Positions 20,486 to 31,417 of a stretch of 64,000 bases of DNA are shown here, piece by piece. Position 1 is the stretch's first letter, and each line of letters starts with the position of its first letter. Where the stretch lies: positions 128,001 through 192,000 of the IMG/VR virus record IMGVR_UViG_3300047159_000056, one strand, 5' to 3'. Below the pieces are notes generated by a model, which worked only from the letters and a program-made list of their open reading frames with translations, was not told the origin of the DNA and made no database searches. The position numbers were made by a program, and so were the translations under genes. Origin of the DNA: a virus. Taxonomy: Duplodnaviria; Caudoviricetes.

Positions 20486-20872
20486 TTATTTCTTAAGATT
20501 TATATCCACAATAGAACAAAACCCCTCAAGTTCTATAATTTTCTTAACTAAGCCAAGAATATCTTCATACTTTAAGGTTCCATTCATTGTCATAAGTAGC
20601 ATAGTTCTTGTTGCATTCCCAGTATTTGTTCTTATGAATCTATTTGCACTTCTAATATAGTCATCTATATCATATTGATCGTAGTCCATATCTTCGGGAA
20701 TATATATCTTTATGCCATCTTTCACTCTTTGATCTGGAATAATACTAATTGTGTCAGTAGGGATTTTTCCAACTACTTCATAATCTTCTATCTTTTCCTT
20801 ATCCAGATCCCTAACTAATTTATCTATCATTGCTCCAGATGAGTAAGAATATATTTTTTCTAAGATCATCAT
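20486..20872 (-). CDS. leader-bearing hypothetical protein
   Basis: MMILEKIYS. Confidence 0.55.
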   Translation of the reverse strand: MMILEKIYSYSSGAMIDKLVRDLDKEKIEDYEVVGKIPTDTISIIPDQRVKDGIKIYIPEDMDYDQYDIDDYIRSANRFIRTNTGNATRTMLLMTMNGTLKYEDILGLVKKIIELEGFCSIVDINLKK

Positions 20873-22164
20873 TTTTCAAATATATTAGGTTTCTCTCCAC
20901 TAGACATAAGTTTCTTTAAGACAAAATCAAACTCATTTCTGTTTTGAATACAATATGTATATACTGTAGCTTTACCAATAGTGGACTTTTTTACTTTTCC
21001 ACCAATTAATCCTTTAAATGATTTTTCTACTTTTTCTTCTTCCTTACTTCCACTAACTACTGAAACCATAAAAACTCCAGATACTAGAGAAATATTAATA
21101 GGACATTTAGTATCACCAATTGTATAATTAAATCCCTCAATATAATGTAAGTTGCCTAATCTTGATTTTAGAAATTCGTTATTAAAGTCCTGTGCTCTTG
21201 CTGGGAGACCTGCTTTAATTGCTTCATCGTTTCTAAGTTTACTAACACCAGAGTTTAGCATTTCAATTACTGATTCAGAAATAGCTTCTTTAGGACCACC
21301 TCCAAAACCAAAACCTCCTACTAAACTACCAATACCATTAGAAATAATTTTAATGATATCGTATTTATTCAATCTTCCAAGTCCACCAACATTAAAGCTA
21401 AAGGTTTTTTCTTGATCACTTCCATCTCCCCCAGCTAAGTTTTCTTGATTTGGATATTGAAAATTAGTAGATGCATCCTCTAATCTTCTAGATATAATTG
21501 CGTTATTATCAAGAAGATTAATTCTAGTTCCAAGTGTACTGCTAAGCTCCATTATAAAGTTACATATCACCTGATAATTAGTAAAGGTTATATCTACTGC
21601 ATAGGCCAAAGCTCTAGCATTTATTACTTTAGAGCTATATTCCATACTAAAATATTTCTTGCAATAATAGTCTAGAGTCTTATCTACTTTGTTAAATTCA
21701 TCTTTAGTTAAGCCAAATGTATATAAGGTAACTGTATTGTCGTGAATAGCTATGTTAATTTTATATTTAGAAACATCCCTATCGTTAAATTCAAATTTCT
21801 CACTTATATTAGCTCTTCTATCTATACTATCTCCAACAGTGATGCCAGATACTTGATAAACTCCAAATTGTCTTCTAATGGCTTTATCAACTTCCTGATA
21901 TTTAACATGATTCATTGGCTTGTGAAGATAATTAACAAAGAATTTAGCTGCTATACCAGATAGAAAACCAGCCTTAGCTCCAGTTATTGCATCGCTTATA
22001 ATATGACCATCTCTGGATATTCCACCAACTAAGCCACCAATTCCAGCTCCTGCAAAAGTTCCCTTCGCTGCTAGTTCTGCTGCTCCAGGTATGTCTTCCA
22101 TATCTTTAGGACCAGTATAGTGTCCCTCGGGTATAGTATAATTTTTTATTCTAAACTTAATCAT
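20869..22164 (-). CDS. leader-bearing glycine-zipper protein, two modules separated by EKTFS
   Basis: MIKFRIKNYT; GxxxG segments; C-terminal half resembles 26821..27507. Confidence 0.6.
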   Translation of the reverse strand: MIKFRIKNYTIPEGHYTGPKDMEDIPGAAELAAKGTFAGAGIGGLVGGISRDGHIISDAITGAKAGFLSGIAAKFFVNYLHKPMNHVKYQEVDKAIRRQFGVYQVSGITVGDSIDRRANISEKFEFNDRDVSKYKINIAIHDNTVTLYTFGLTKDEFNKVDKTLDYYCKKYFSMEYSSKVINARALAYAVDITFTNYQVICNFIMELSSTLGTRINLLDNNAIISRRLEDASTNFQYPNQENLAGGDGSDQEKTFSFNVGGLGRLNKYDIIKIISNGIGSLVGGFGFGGGPKEAISESVIEMLNSGVSKLRNDEAIKAGLPARAQDFNNEFLKSRLGNLHYIEGFNYTIGDTKCPINISLVSGVFMVSVVSGSKEEEKVEKSFKGLIGGKVKKSTIGKATVYTYCIQNRNEFDFVLKKLMSSGEKPNIFEK

Positions 22165-22173
22165 AATATATAT

Positions 22174-22800
22174 TTATCTTCTTACAGGTACCATTCCAGT
22201 TGGTACACTCATCCTACCATATCCACTTTCCATAGTATTACCTATAGACTTAATGGTTGTCTTATTATTTCTTAGAGATTTGCTAAAGTTAGTTTTGCCA
22301 TACCTATCAGATACTTTTTTCATAGCCCTAATGGCTCTATTTGGCATAAGAGGAACTTTTTGAACTACTGGAATTGCTGCACTATAACCAGGAGCAGTTA
22401 ATGCAGCGCCAACAGGACCACCAATAGCTAAACCAACTGGAGTAGTTACTTGAGATGCAGCAGCTACTATTGCTACGTCAGGTCTTTGTATAGCAGTCTT
22501 TATTCCATTATCAACTACTCTTCCTATTGGAGTATTAACTACATTATTTACTCCTTGTTTTATTTCTACTGCTTCCCTATTAAGAGCCACTCCCTTTTTA
22601 GGAGAAAATCTAAATGCATCCGCAGGACTATTAACTGGCCTCTTTCCAAACATCCCTTTTACAGTTCTTTTGACAGAATCTCCAGCTCTTAAACCAGCAT
22701 TATCTATCTTAGTCATGGTATTAGAATTGGCTAGTTTTCTATATTGTCTTACTAATCTTAGCGATTTGCTAGAATAAGTTTTATCTCGTAATATTATCAT
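22174..22800 (-). CDS. leader-bearing basic protein (paralog of 22807)
   Basis: MIILRDKTYS; shared MTKIDNAGL and VVNTPIG.VVD.GI...I.RPDVA. Confidence 0.65.
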   Translation of the reverse strand: MIILRDKTYSSKSLRLVRQYRKLANSNTMTKIDNAGLRAGDSVKRTVKGMFGKRPVNSPADAFRFSPKKGVALNREAVEIKQGVNNVVNTPIGRVVDNGIKTAIQRPDVAIVAAASQVTTPVGLAIGGPVGAALTAPGYSAAIPVVQKVPLMPNRAIRAMKKVSDRYGKTNFSKSLRNNKTTIKSIGNTMESGYGRMSVPTGMVPVRR

Positions 22801-22806
22801 AATTTT

Positions 22807-23421
22807 TTAATATGCTACAGAATTAGGTATAAATCCAGTGGACATAGGCATATGAGAAGCTCCTTTACTAATTCCTTGTCCTATAGTCTTTAAAGAAGCT
22901 TGACTATTATTTAATGTCTTACTCATACCAGTCTGACTATATTTTGTTGCTAATTTATCTAAAGAACCAAGGGCTTTCTTTGGAAGAAGTGGATGTTTCT
23001 GTACAAAACCAGCTGCCGCTTCTAAAGGTGCAGCACTCATGGCAACTCCAGTAGTTCCTCCAACAATTCCTGGGGTTAATTCAGCCGCTACTAAGGTTCC
23101 AGCTACATCTGGTCTTCTAATGGTTGCTTGTATACCTTTGTCAACCACACCACCAATAGGAGTATTAACTACCTTAGACGCTGTATTTTTCATACCAATA
23201 GTTTCTCTCCCGATTTGAGTTGCAGATTTTGGAGCTAATTTCTCAAGCTTATTCAATGGACGCCCACCACCTCGAATTGTATTTTGTAATGCCTTATTTG
23301 TTGCTAGACCGGCATTATCTATCTTAGTCATGGCTTTATTCGCCACAGTTTTTGCGCCAGCTATTAGTTTTGTAAGGGCAGCTGAGTATTCCTTTTGTTC
23401 TTTATGTCTTAGTAGTATCAT
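22807..23421 (-). CDS. leader-bearing basic protein (paralog of 22174)
   Basis: MILLRHKEQKEYS. Confidence 0.65.
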   Translation of the reverse strand: MILLRHKEQKEYSAALTKLIAGAKTVANKAMTKIDNAGLATNKALQNTIRGGGRPLNKLEKLAPKSATQIGRETIGMKNTASKVVNTPIGGVVDKGIQATIRRPDVAGTLVAAELTPGIVGGTTGVAMSAAPLEAAAGFVQKHPLLPKKALGSLDKLATKYSQTGMSKTLNNSQASLKTIGQGISKGASHMPMSTGFIPNSVAY

Positions 23422-23427
23422 AGTTAT

Positions 23428-24198
23428 TTACATTAAGAGTTCGCCATACCAACCAGACTGTAGGGCATATTGATCACATCTACCCCTTAATTCCTGATAA
23501 GCACTATCTATATTTGCTAATATATCAACAGCAATGTTAGTTATATTAATACTTGCTTTTAATTGTCTAATATAATCAAAAATATTCATCATGATTAAGT
23601 CAAGAAAGTAATTACCTCTAGCTCCGCCATCTTCTACATTCATCCAATAAATAGCACTAGTTTCTGAATCCTCATTAAATTCCTTTACCTTATCACTTTT
23701 CCAGTCAGGTACTATAGGTCTAGAACATATTGCCCTAAGATAAAATTCATCGGGAAGATTAGATATAAAAAGATATGGTCTCTGATAGTCTAAGCAAGTT
23801 TCATAAGATAATGCTTGTGGATATGATGCTGTACCTCCAAAAGATGAGTAAGTTACACCATTACTAGATATTCTCCACATAGGTATAGCATTAGGAACAA
23901 GAATAATTTGATGTTCCGATATCATACATTTTAAGTAAAGTAAAAAATTAGATTTAACCTCACCATAACCCTCACGTCCAAAACAAGTTCCCAGTTGACT
24001 CTTGTTAACAGGCATTTCTAGAATAAGAGGACAAGTTATTTCAAATTCTCTTAGGGACTTCTTTATAATTTCTAGAATGATCTCATCTGCTGTAAGATAG
24101 TCATTTAGTCCAAGTATATCTTCAAGTCCGCTTAATGATATAAGGCTTGATCTTATAAATATTTTCTTCTTAAGATCTACTAGAAGTGTTTTTTCCAT
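23428..24198 (-). CDS. putative neck/head-tail adaptor (gp13-like)
   Basis: 256 aa; helical N- and C-termini around a beta middle; adjacent to the sheath gene. Confidence 0.4.
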   Translation of the reverse strand: MEKTLLVDLKKKIFIRSSLISLSGLEDILGLNDYLTADEIILEIIKKSLREFEITCPLILEMPVNKSQLGTCFGREGYGEVKSNFLLYLKCMISEHQIILVPNAIPMWRISSNGVTYSSFGGTASYPQALSYETCLDYQRPYLFISNLPDEFYLRAICSRPIVPDWKSDKVKEFNEDSETSAIYWMNVEDGGARGNYFLDLIMMNIFDYIRQLKASINITNIAVDILANIDSAYQELRGRCDQYALQSGWYGELLM

Positions 24199-24270
24199 AC
24201 TTAATCTATAAATTAAAAATAGAGTAATACCCCATAAATCAATATGAGATATTACCCCAAAAAGTATATA

Positions 24271-26788
24271 TTAAATTTGTCCAGTAAATGCAAGACCCAT
24301 ATCCAAAGCTTCATTGTAAACCTCAATGAACTTAAGACTTCTATTGAATCTGACTTCTATTAGAACTTTCATCCTGTTTGCTCTCTTATCCTCGTCTGTA
24401 TTTAGATCTGCGATTGTAATTCTATAATCGTCAATCGTGTACTGCATCGGTAGGATATTCTGAATAAACCAGTAATCGATCACACTATATGCATCAGAAT
24501 AAAGAGTATCCGTAATATGTCTTCCATGGAATTGACGTAACAGTCTTGGCATTGATTTACTAATTCTAATCATAAGTCTAGAATTACCATCTTCGTCAAG
24601 GATATTATTTTCACTTTCCTTTGTATAGGCATCATTCATAACCCAAGTCTGAATTTGAGTATCCCACATTACTGTATTGATTCTCTTAGAGAGTAGAAGC
24701 TGTCTTTGTCTCTTATTAAATTCAACAACAGGAGACTGCATCTGTGCAACTGCTCTCTGACCAAACATAGACATGAACTCTCTATCAAGTCCTCTATTTC
24801 TATTAACTGATTCCCAATAGATTGTTGAAGGAGCTGCATAGAACTTAAATCCTACTGTGCCAGTATCAACATCCCAAGGAGCTGAGCAATATAATTTATA
24901 GTGGTCTTTAGCCAATCTATTTACTGAGTTTGCAATAGCTAGATAGTTAGTACTATTTACAGTAGAAGCTGCATAGAAGTAGTTACTATTAATAGCCATG
25001 TTAGCCATATAAGACTGGAAAATGCCATTAGTATTTCCAAGGTCTGCTAATCCTTCTGTCTGATATACCTCGTCATCATCAATCTTATCGAGAGCTTTGA
25101 GAAGGTTAATATCAGTTACATTCAAGATATCATACTTAGTTGGATTGATGCTAAGATCAACATAGATTTCCTCAGGTTCAACATCAGTTACCACCTTATA
25201 CTGATAATAAGTTCCAGCAACGTCAGTACCAATCTTAGCGTAATCTCCTTCTTTAGGATTAGTTACAACAGTTGTTAGTTCTGTTTGAGAAGTTGCAGTA
25301 TAGCTAATTGTACCAGAAGCTGTAGTGATATCAGTTAGAGTCGTAGGAACCCACTGTCCACTTGTATACTTAAGATATGTTGCGTTAACTTTACCAACTA
25401 GAGCATAATCACCTTCTTTTGGATTAGTAATATTAGCCAGAGTCTTCCTTAGTTGATACTGCATTCCCATCAGCAATTGTTACACCTGTTGGAGCCGTAG
25501 TAAGAGCAACCCATCCTGTTTTCTTGTCATCAGATACATAGCCATAATAGTCAAGACCTAAGTCTAACATATTATCTGGCAGCTGAACCTGGATCATATT
25601 TAAGAGAGCATTAAGTTCTGCCTCTGTCATATCTCCACGACCAGTGATCTTACCAACATTATAATATTCAGGAATTCCACTTACACTAGGATCTAAGATA
25701 GCTAGCTCATAGAAGTCACGATCAGTAATTGTTGTGCTTAAGACACCACCATTAGCTGCCTTGCTCTTTGCATATGTAGCCAGGACTGATTCTAGTACAA
25801 TATAAGGAGAGTCACCACCAGCATCTGCACTATTTGTACTTAGTTCTTTTGTAACTACTGCATCATGATTGAATCTACGAATTCTAAGCTTAAGATCGCT
25901 ACTAGAATTATAAGCATTAGTTGCATAATTAGGAACATCATCAAAAGAAGATACTGTTACTAAGTCAACTAAGTGCTGATTCTTATTTGTTTCATAAGTC
26001 CAATCAGGTTCACAGATAACTACATAAGATACACCATTAGGGCATCTTGAATCAGTTGTATCAAGGAAGTCCGAGCCAATGTAAACTTCACTAAAGATTA
26101 CACTAGTTGCTGCTGTTGTAACTGAACCGTCTGCATTAATAGCAATTTCTGAAGTACCCTTTTCGTCAGAGTAGAACTTATAGCTAGGTGAGAAGAACTT
26201 AGGAGAATCATTTAAGAAATCAACAAGTTCCTGAAGGTTCTGTACATAATAGTCATACTGAGCACCGGCATCAGTAGTTCTATTACCAATTACACCAACA
26301 TCACCAACTGCAAGACCCCAACCGTCTGTGCTATGTTCTGCGCTATCCTTATCTTCATCAACCACAATCTTGAAAGACTGAACTTTCTTAAGTAATTGAC
26401 CATCTTTTAGGATATATACATTTTTATCTGTCTTACTAAGTGGTTTAGCAAAGTAGATATTGTCACCTTTGAATGCTCTAACAATCAGCAAATTACCAGC
26501 ACCAGCTAATCTATAAGCATTAAGCCACATAGTAGATGCAACAGTGTCTTTACCATTTCCATACAGTGTATCAATAGCTGTCATATAATCTTCTGTTAAA
26601 TCTTTAGAAGCATATGTAGCCAAGAACTCTTTCTGGGATGTAATAAGTGTTGGAGTACTTGGACCAGCATCAGATACAATAGTACATCCGACAATTAGAT
26701 CTTCTCCAGCTGTAGGATTGATAGCAGCAGTTCTAATTTTCTCATGAACGTGAATATACGGTTCAAGAGTTTCTTTCCATTGTGCCAT
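24271..26788 (-). CDS. tail sheath protein (T4 gp18-like), split by a +1 frameshift near 25441
   Basis: N-half MAQWKETLEPYIHVHE..GP.TPTLITS; C-half sheath domain (APS...INTV...SRLMIRI...MKVLIEVRF); removing one base gives KEDLANITNPKEGD and an 838-aa protein. Confidence 0.75.
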
Positions 26789-26820
26789 ATTTAATTTATT
26801 TCTTTCTTTTTATACATTAT

Positions 26821-27507
26821 TTAACCAACCTCTACTATATAAATGGGATAGCCAGACTTAATAAATGAATTAGCAATCTCTGATACTAGATCTGAATCAT
26901 TTGTCTTTCCTCCCGATATGGTAGATACAACTATTTCATTGAATTTATCTGACGTGGTATTTGTTTTAATCGCTCCATTAGGTACATTCTTAGAAATTTT
27001 GTCAGTTAATGTTTTTAGTTTATAGTCATTTACAGTATTAATTAAGATCTTTAGGTCATTACTGTATTTATAGATAGCAATGCATACCTTCGTCTTAAGT
27101 TCAGATGCAGCCTTGGGATCTCTTGTAAAATCAATTCCTTCTCTGAATCCTTTTCTCTTAAGATCTGAGATAATTTCTTTCATCATTCTATTATCTACAG
27201 TAGTTGACCTATTGAACTTTTCATTAATATCTCTAACAGCACCACATAAAGCTCCTAATGCTGCTCCAAGGATTAATCCACCACCAGTGATAGCTAAAGA
27301 TCTACGATTAAATCCTCCGCCCATTTGATCATTCTTCTCATTAGAATCTGTCTTTAGGTACTTACTGAGGAATGGTATCTTATCACCAAGACTAGTATGA
27401 CCTAGGACAGCAGAAGATAATGCTCCTGTAGCTGCACCAATCTTAGCCCCATTTAATGTATCAGAGATAATATGACTACTAAATTCTTTTGCTCTAAATT
27501 TAATCAT
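26821..27507 (-). CDS. leader-bearing glycine-zipper protein
   Basis: MIKFRAKEFS; two hydrophobic G/A segments. Confidence 0.6.
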   Translation of the reverse strand: MIKFRAKEFSSHIISDTLNGAKIGAATGALSSAVLGHTSLGDKIPFLSKYLKTDSNEKNDQMGGGFNRRSLAITGGGLILGAALGALCGAVRDINEKFNRSTTVDNRMMKEIISDLKRKGFREGIDFTRDPKAASELKTKVCIAIYKYSNDLKILINTVNDYKLKTLTDKISKNVPNGAIKTNTTSDKFNEIVVSTISGGKTNDSDLVSEIANSFIKSGYPIYIVEVG

Positions 27508-27525
27508 AGTCTTTTATACTAGGTA

Positions 27526-27765
27526 TTAAGGATTGGTTGTTGTAGTACCTGATCCTGTTGTTTCTGCTTTAGTTGTACCAATCATAGATACAGTACCATT
27601 GTTATTCTGCTCTTTAACAGCTACGTCAAGAATATCAGAAATAACTTCATCATTGTTTACATCTTCCACAGTAGCAGAAACGATTGCATCATTAACAGTA
27701 GTAGTTGCAGTTCCACCAACAATGTAATACTTCTCTTCGTCGGCGGTTAAACTTCTATTTTCCAT
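27526..27765 (-). CDS. small acidic hypothetical protein
   Basis: 79-aa ORF in operon context. Confidence 0.55.
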   Translation of the reverse strand: MENRSLTADEEKYYIVGGTATTTVNDAIVSATVEDVNNDEVISDILDVAVKEQNNNGTVSMIGTTKAETTGSGTTTTNP

Positions 27766-27782
27766 AATAGTTTATATTTTAT

Positions 27783-28163
27783 TTAGTTATTATCATTACC
27801 AATTCTTCTATGTCTACCTAAGAAACTAGAATTCTTCTTTTTCTTTGGTTGCTGAACTGGCTCCTCTACATGATTTTTATTGAAATTATCCATTGAAGAA
27901 CTAACTCTATTCATTGTAGATGATGTATTCTGTAATTCATTAGTTAGTTTATTCATGGCATCCAACTGCTTATCTTGATAAATTTTATCACTTGCTTTTT
28001 TGTGCTTGGCATCTAGATAGTAAGCTGTTGATAAACCTAAAGAACCCATACCCATAATAGGAGTACCATATTCTTTAAAGGCTCCCCAACCTTTTTTTAA
28101 TCCGCCCTGTACCTTTTTACCAATAATAGCGGCTGAGAATTCTTTTGCTCTGAACCTTATCAT
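27783..28163 (-). CDS. leader-bearing protein
   Basis: MIRFRAKEFS. Confidence 0.6.
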   Translation of the reverse strand: MIRFRAKEFSAAIIGKKVQGGLKKGWGAFKEYGTPIMGMGSLGLSTAYYLDAKHKKASDKIYQDKQLDAMNKLTNELQNTSSTMNRVSSSMDNFNKNHVEEPVQQPKKKKNSSFLGRHRRIGNDNN

Positions 28164-28181
28164 AATTCTTTGCTTTTGAGA

Positions 28182-28598
28182 TTAATAGGAGTATCCATCT
28201 CTATTAACCATATTATTTACCCAGTCTTTTCTTTCTCTTCTACCAGCTTGTCTCTTAGCATATGCTAGTCTACTATTAAAGAAATTATTTTCCTGAGCTT
28301 GTTTTCTGCCTTTCAAGTAGGATAGGCCTGCACCAATACCTGCACCTAAGAGAGCTCCCTTCTTAGAACCTAGGAGCATGCCTTTACCAATACCTCCACC
28401 AGCTTTTGAAAATCCTCCCAATACTGTACCAACTGCGGCACCACCTAGAGTACCAGTTATAGCACTTCCGGCAATATCTCCATAATTATGTGTTGGCCTT
28501 TTCTGAGTAGCTAAGATATCGGCATCTTTCATTCTCTTGAGATTGTCTGTATCATCCCATTGAGTAAATATTTTCCTTTTTAAAGTATATTTTGCCAT
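28182..28598 (-). CDS. leader-bearing glycine-zipper protein
   Basis: MAKYTLKRKIFT; GxxxG repeats. Confidence 0.6.
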   Translation of the reverse strand: MAKYTLKRKIFTQWDDTDNLKRMKDADILATQKRPTHNYGDIAGSAITGTLGGAAVGTVLGGFSKAGGGIGKGMLLGSKKGALLGAGIGAGLSYLKGRKQAQENNFFNSRLAYAKRQAGRRERKDWVNNMVNRDGYSY

Positions 28599-28612
28599 AA
28601 TTATTTACTTAG

Positions 28613-29848
28613 TTATTGAATAGGAGGTTGATAGTATTGCTGCATATCTTGTTGCTGCTGTTGAACTTGTTTATCTTTAAAGTCTTGATACTTGAATGCA
28701 TTAGGATCAATTGCTCTAGTAGCCTTATCCATAGCCTTCTGTCCGCCTTCCCATCCTACTTTCATCATACCCATACCAACAGGAATAGAAGCAGCCAAGG
28801 CAATCTTAGAAGGCTGAACAACTCCATTCTTATCCAGGAAAGTCATTTTCTTAGCCATAGCCTGTGTCCAACTAGATTTTCCATGTAGTTTAAGATCTTC
28901 AGCAACTGCTTTTACCCCGGCCTTTCCACCTCCCATTGAAAGGTTGGATGCCGTTCCAAGAAGTGTTTGCGCAGGATGATCTCTAAATGTTTTAAATCCA
29001 CTTTTTGTAGCATTCCAGGCAGCCGATGCTCCCTTTTTTATATTTGCTGGTCCATTTTTAAAGAAATTACTAGCTACTGATTTTATTCCATTCATTCTAA
29101 CTAGCCTCATTACTGATGCAGGACTAGCATACTGTTTCTGCTGAGGACCACTAATACCGCTAAGAACTGAGCCCACTTGCTGATCTGGTAATTCTGTGCT
29201 GGCTAATTGATCTTTTATAGCTCTCTTGTCAGCTTTATATGCCATTACAGCAGGAATTGCAGTTAAACCACCAAAAGCTAGAGTCGAAGTCATATTATTT
29301 TTTATAGCTCTTCTTCCAACTTTTAGCCCTCTCCTAGTTGTATCTCCCATAAGTGATGCAAGAGAATATGATTTAGTTCCCGGTTGACTTTGATCTTCGC
29401 CAGTCATAACATCTGTAAGACCACTTTTCTTCATATCATGCTGTATATATTTATTGGCACCATAACCTGCTAATGACATTCCAGCACCAGATACTAAGAG
29501 CCCAGCCATTTTTCCTTTATGTCTACTAGCTAAACCAACCATATCCTTTACAAATAGTTTTCCATTCTTCAGGGTAGTTGGATTAATTAGACCATAAAAT
29601 TTTTCGTGTGGTTTATTTTGCATAATATCTGGAATTTGTCCAACTGCGCTAGGATCTTTTCCAACCTTCTCGGCAATATTATCCAATCTTCTATTCTGTT
29701 CTTTCATAAGATCTGCTTGTCTACTTGCTTCTTCTGCATTTTGTTCATCTGATTTCTTTTGCTGAGCTACACCTAATAATGAACTACCAACTAAGGCACC
29801 ATTTATTAGGAGAGGCAGGAAGAATATTTTTTGTCTGTACCTTATCAT
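28613..29848 (-). CDS. leader-bearing polyprotein-like protein with four hydrophobic modules
   Basis: MIRYRQKIFF; internal EKFYG, TKSYS and QKQYA sites each precede a new amphipathic/hydrophobic module. Confidence 0.6.
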   Translation of the reverse strand: MIRYRQKIFFLPLLINGALVGSSLLGVAQQKKSDEQNAEEASRQADLMKEQNRRLDNIAEKVGKDPSAVGQIPDIMQNKPHEKFYGLINPTTLKNGKLFVKDMVGLASRHKGKMAGLLVSGAGMSLAGYGANKYIQHDMKKSGLTDVMTGEDQSQPGTKSYSLASLMGDTTRRGLKVGRRAIKNNMTSTLAFGGLTAIPAVMAYKADKRAIKDQLASTELPDQQVGSVLSGISGPQQKQYASPASVMRLVRMNGIKSVASNFFKNGPANIKKGASAAWNATKSGFKTFRDHPAQTLLGTASNLSMGGGKAGVKAVAEDLKLHGKSSWTQAMAKKMTFLDKNGVVQPSKIALAASIPVGMGMMKVGWEGGQKAMDKATRAIDPNAFKYQDFKDKQVQQQQQDMQQYYQPPIQ

Positions 29849-29868
29849 ATATTTCCCTCCTATTTTAT

Positions 29869-30165
29869 TTAGCTCTGGAGAGAATCACTTGCAGACTTTA
29901 GACCTTTACCTAATCCTCTTACAGCAGCACCTTCTACACCAGCACCAACTACACGTCCTAAGATTTCTCCTCCTGGAACACCTAGTCCTGATAGAGTCGA
30001 TCCTATAAATCCACCTACTGGACCCATAGCACCGTGAGCTGCACCAGCAATAGCAGCAGGGGTAGAATCAAGAGCTTTGCCAACTCCTCCAGCTACTCCA
30101 CCTATTGTATTTTGAGCCGCCTCAGCAAATCCAAATGTTTTTCTTTTTAAATGATATGTTGCCAT
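29869..30165 (-). CDS. leader-bearing glycine-zipper peptide
   Basis: MATYHLKRKTFG; almost entirely G/A/V. Confidence 0.6.
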   Translation of the reverse strand: MATYHLKRKTFGFAEAAQNTIGGVAGGVGKALDSTPAAIAGAAHGAMGPVGGFIGSTLSGLGVPGGEILGRVVGAGVEGAAVRGLGKGLKSASDSLQS

Positions 30166-30167
30166 AA

Positions 30168-30398
30168 TTATTCTTTCAAATCATTTATGTTAATTCCTCT
30201 ATTCATCATGGAATTCATATTTCTGACCTCTTTACCAATATCCCCTATTCTAGATAATTCACGATGAGAAGTTTTCATTCTACCAAGACGATCGAGGTCT
30301 GTATCATACTTTCTTCCCTTAATAAATCCAAACTGTGAACCAGCATTAGTATTTAATATCTGATTACTAGAATATTGTTTATTTCTTAAGATAATCAT
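30168..30398 (-). CDS. small leader-bearing protein
   Basis: MIILRNKQYS. Confidence 0.6.
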   Translation of the reverse strand: MIILRNKQYSSNQILNTNAGSQFGFIKGRKYDTDLDRLGRMKTSHRELSRIGDIGKEVRNMNSMMNRGININDLKE

Positions 30399-30402
30399 TA
30401 TT

Positions 30403-31047
30403 TTAATCCCCCAATAAATATATCTTATAGTTAAGCCCGAACGGTAATATATTAAGAGCAGCTATTGCATCTTGTATACTGTCAAACTCTAGCACTAATG
30501 ATCTGCCAGGCTTATCATATTTTATTGCATCTCCTAAGAGTTTATGCACTGTCTTAGTTACATTGAAGTTTGGAGAGAATCTTGCGGAAGTAAATGGTGC
30601 CGGACCTTTCTTTTTATCATCAAAGCACTTAGTAGTAGGTCCATTAATAGACTCAGTTTCACTAAATTTCTTTCCACCCTTTCCTTGATTCTGGTTGTTA
30701 TTATTATCCCCACCTGGAGCTTTCTTTGCAAACAATCCATTATCAATATTTAAAGATAGGTTACCAAGTCTTTCGTCATAATATTTACCAGGTAGTCTTA
30801 CTTCATCTGGCATCTTAGCTCTTGCCCCAATCTTTAGATACATTCTGTATTTATCTTTTCCAAAGAAGGAAGTGCTAATTACAAAACGTTCTATTACTAT
30901 ATTATTTCCTCTGAGTATAGGAATAAGAGAAGATTTATCTATAATAGGAAATCTCTGTTTATCATAATTTGTCAGCTTCATAAGTTCCACATATAGTGAT
31001 CTCATAGCATCATACTCAGAAAATGTCTTTTCTCTAAATTTTATCAT
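30403..31047 (-). CDS. leader-bearing hypothetical protein
   Basis: MIKFREKTFS; internal KKFS. Confidence 0.6.
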   Translation of the reverse strand: MIKFREKTFSEYDAMRSLYVELMKLTNYDKQRFPIIDKSSLIPILRGNNIVIERFVISTSFFGKDKYRMYLKIGARAKMPDEVRLPGKYYDERLGNLSLNIDNGLFAKKAPGGDNNNNQNQGKGGKKFSETESINGPTTKCFDDKKKGPAPFTSARFSPNFNVTKTVHKLLGDAIKYDKPGRSLVLEFDSIQDAIAALNILPFGLNYKIYLLGD

Positions 31048-31417
31048 AAACTAATGATAAGTTAAAATGTGGATTCAAACCTAAGATCTCTATAATATCT
31101 AGAGCTATTCCTATGAAGTCTGTTTCCGCTGTTATTATTCTTTTGGAAGTATCAATATCAGTTATTCTCATTCTGAATTTCTCGGTAAGTAATTTTTTTA
31201 CATACCCGTATACCTCTTTGCTCTGAAGCTTTATCTGATAGTATCCCTTTCCTGTCTTAATAAACGATAATAATACCATTGCCTTAGAATTTAGTTTACT
31301 AGTCTTGTCAGCTTCATCTAGAGATATCTTATTATAACCTATTCTCTCGTCATCCAGTCTTTTAATAGCTTCTGGCATTAGATCTTCCTCAAGAGTTTTT
31401 GGTCTAAATTTAATCAT
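31034..31417 (-). CDS. hypothetical protein with partial leader
   Basis: MIKFRPKTLE; C-terminus resembles that of 30403 (I..A...L.IL..G....L). Confidence 0.55.
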   Translation of the reverse strand: MIKFRPKTLEEDLMPEAIKRLDDERIGYNKISLDEADKTSKLNSKAMVLLSFIKTGKGYYQIKLQSKEVYGYVKKLLTEKFRMRITDIDTSKRIITAETDFIGIALDIIEILGLNPHFNLSLVYDKI

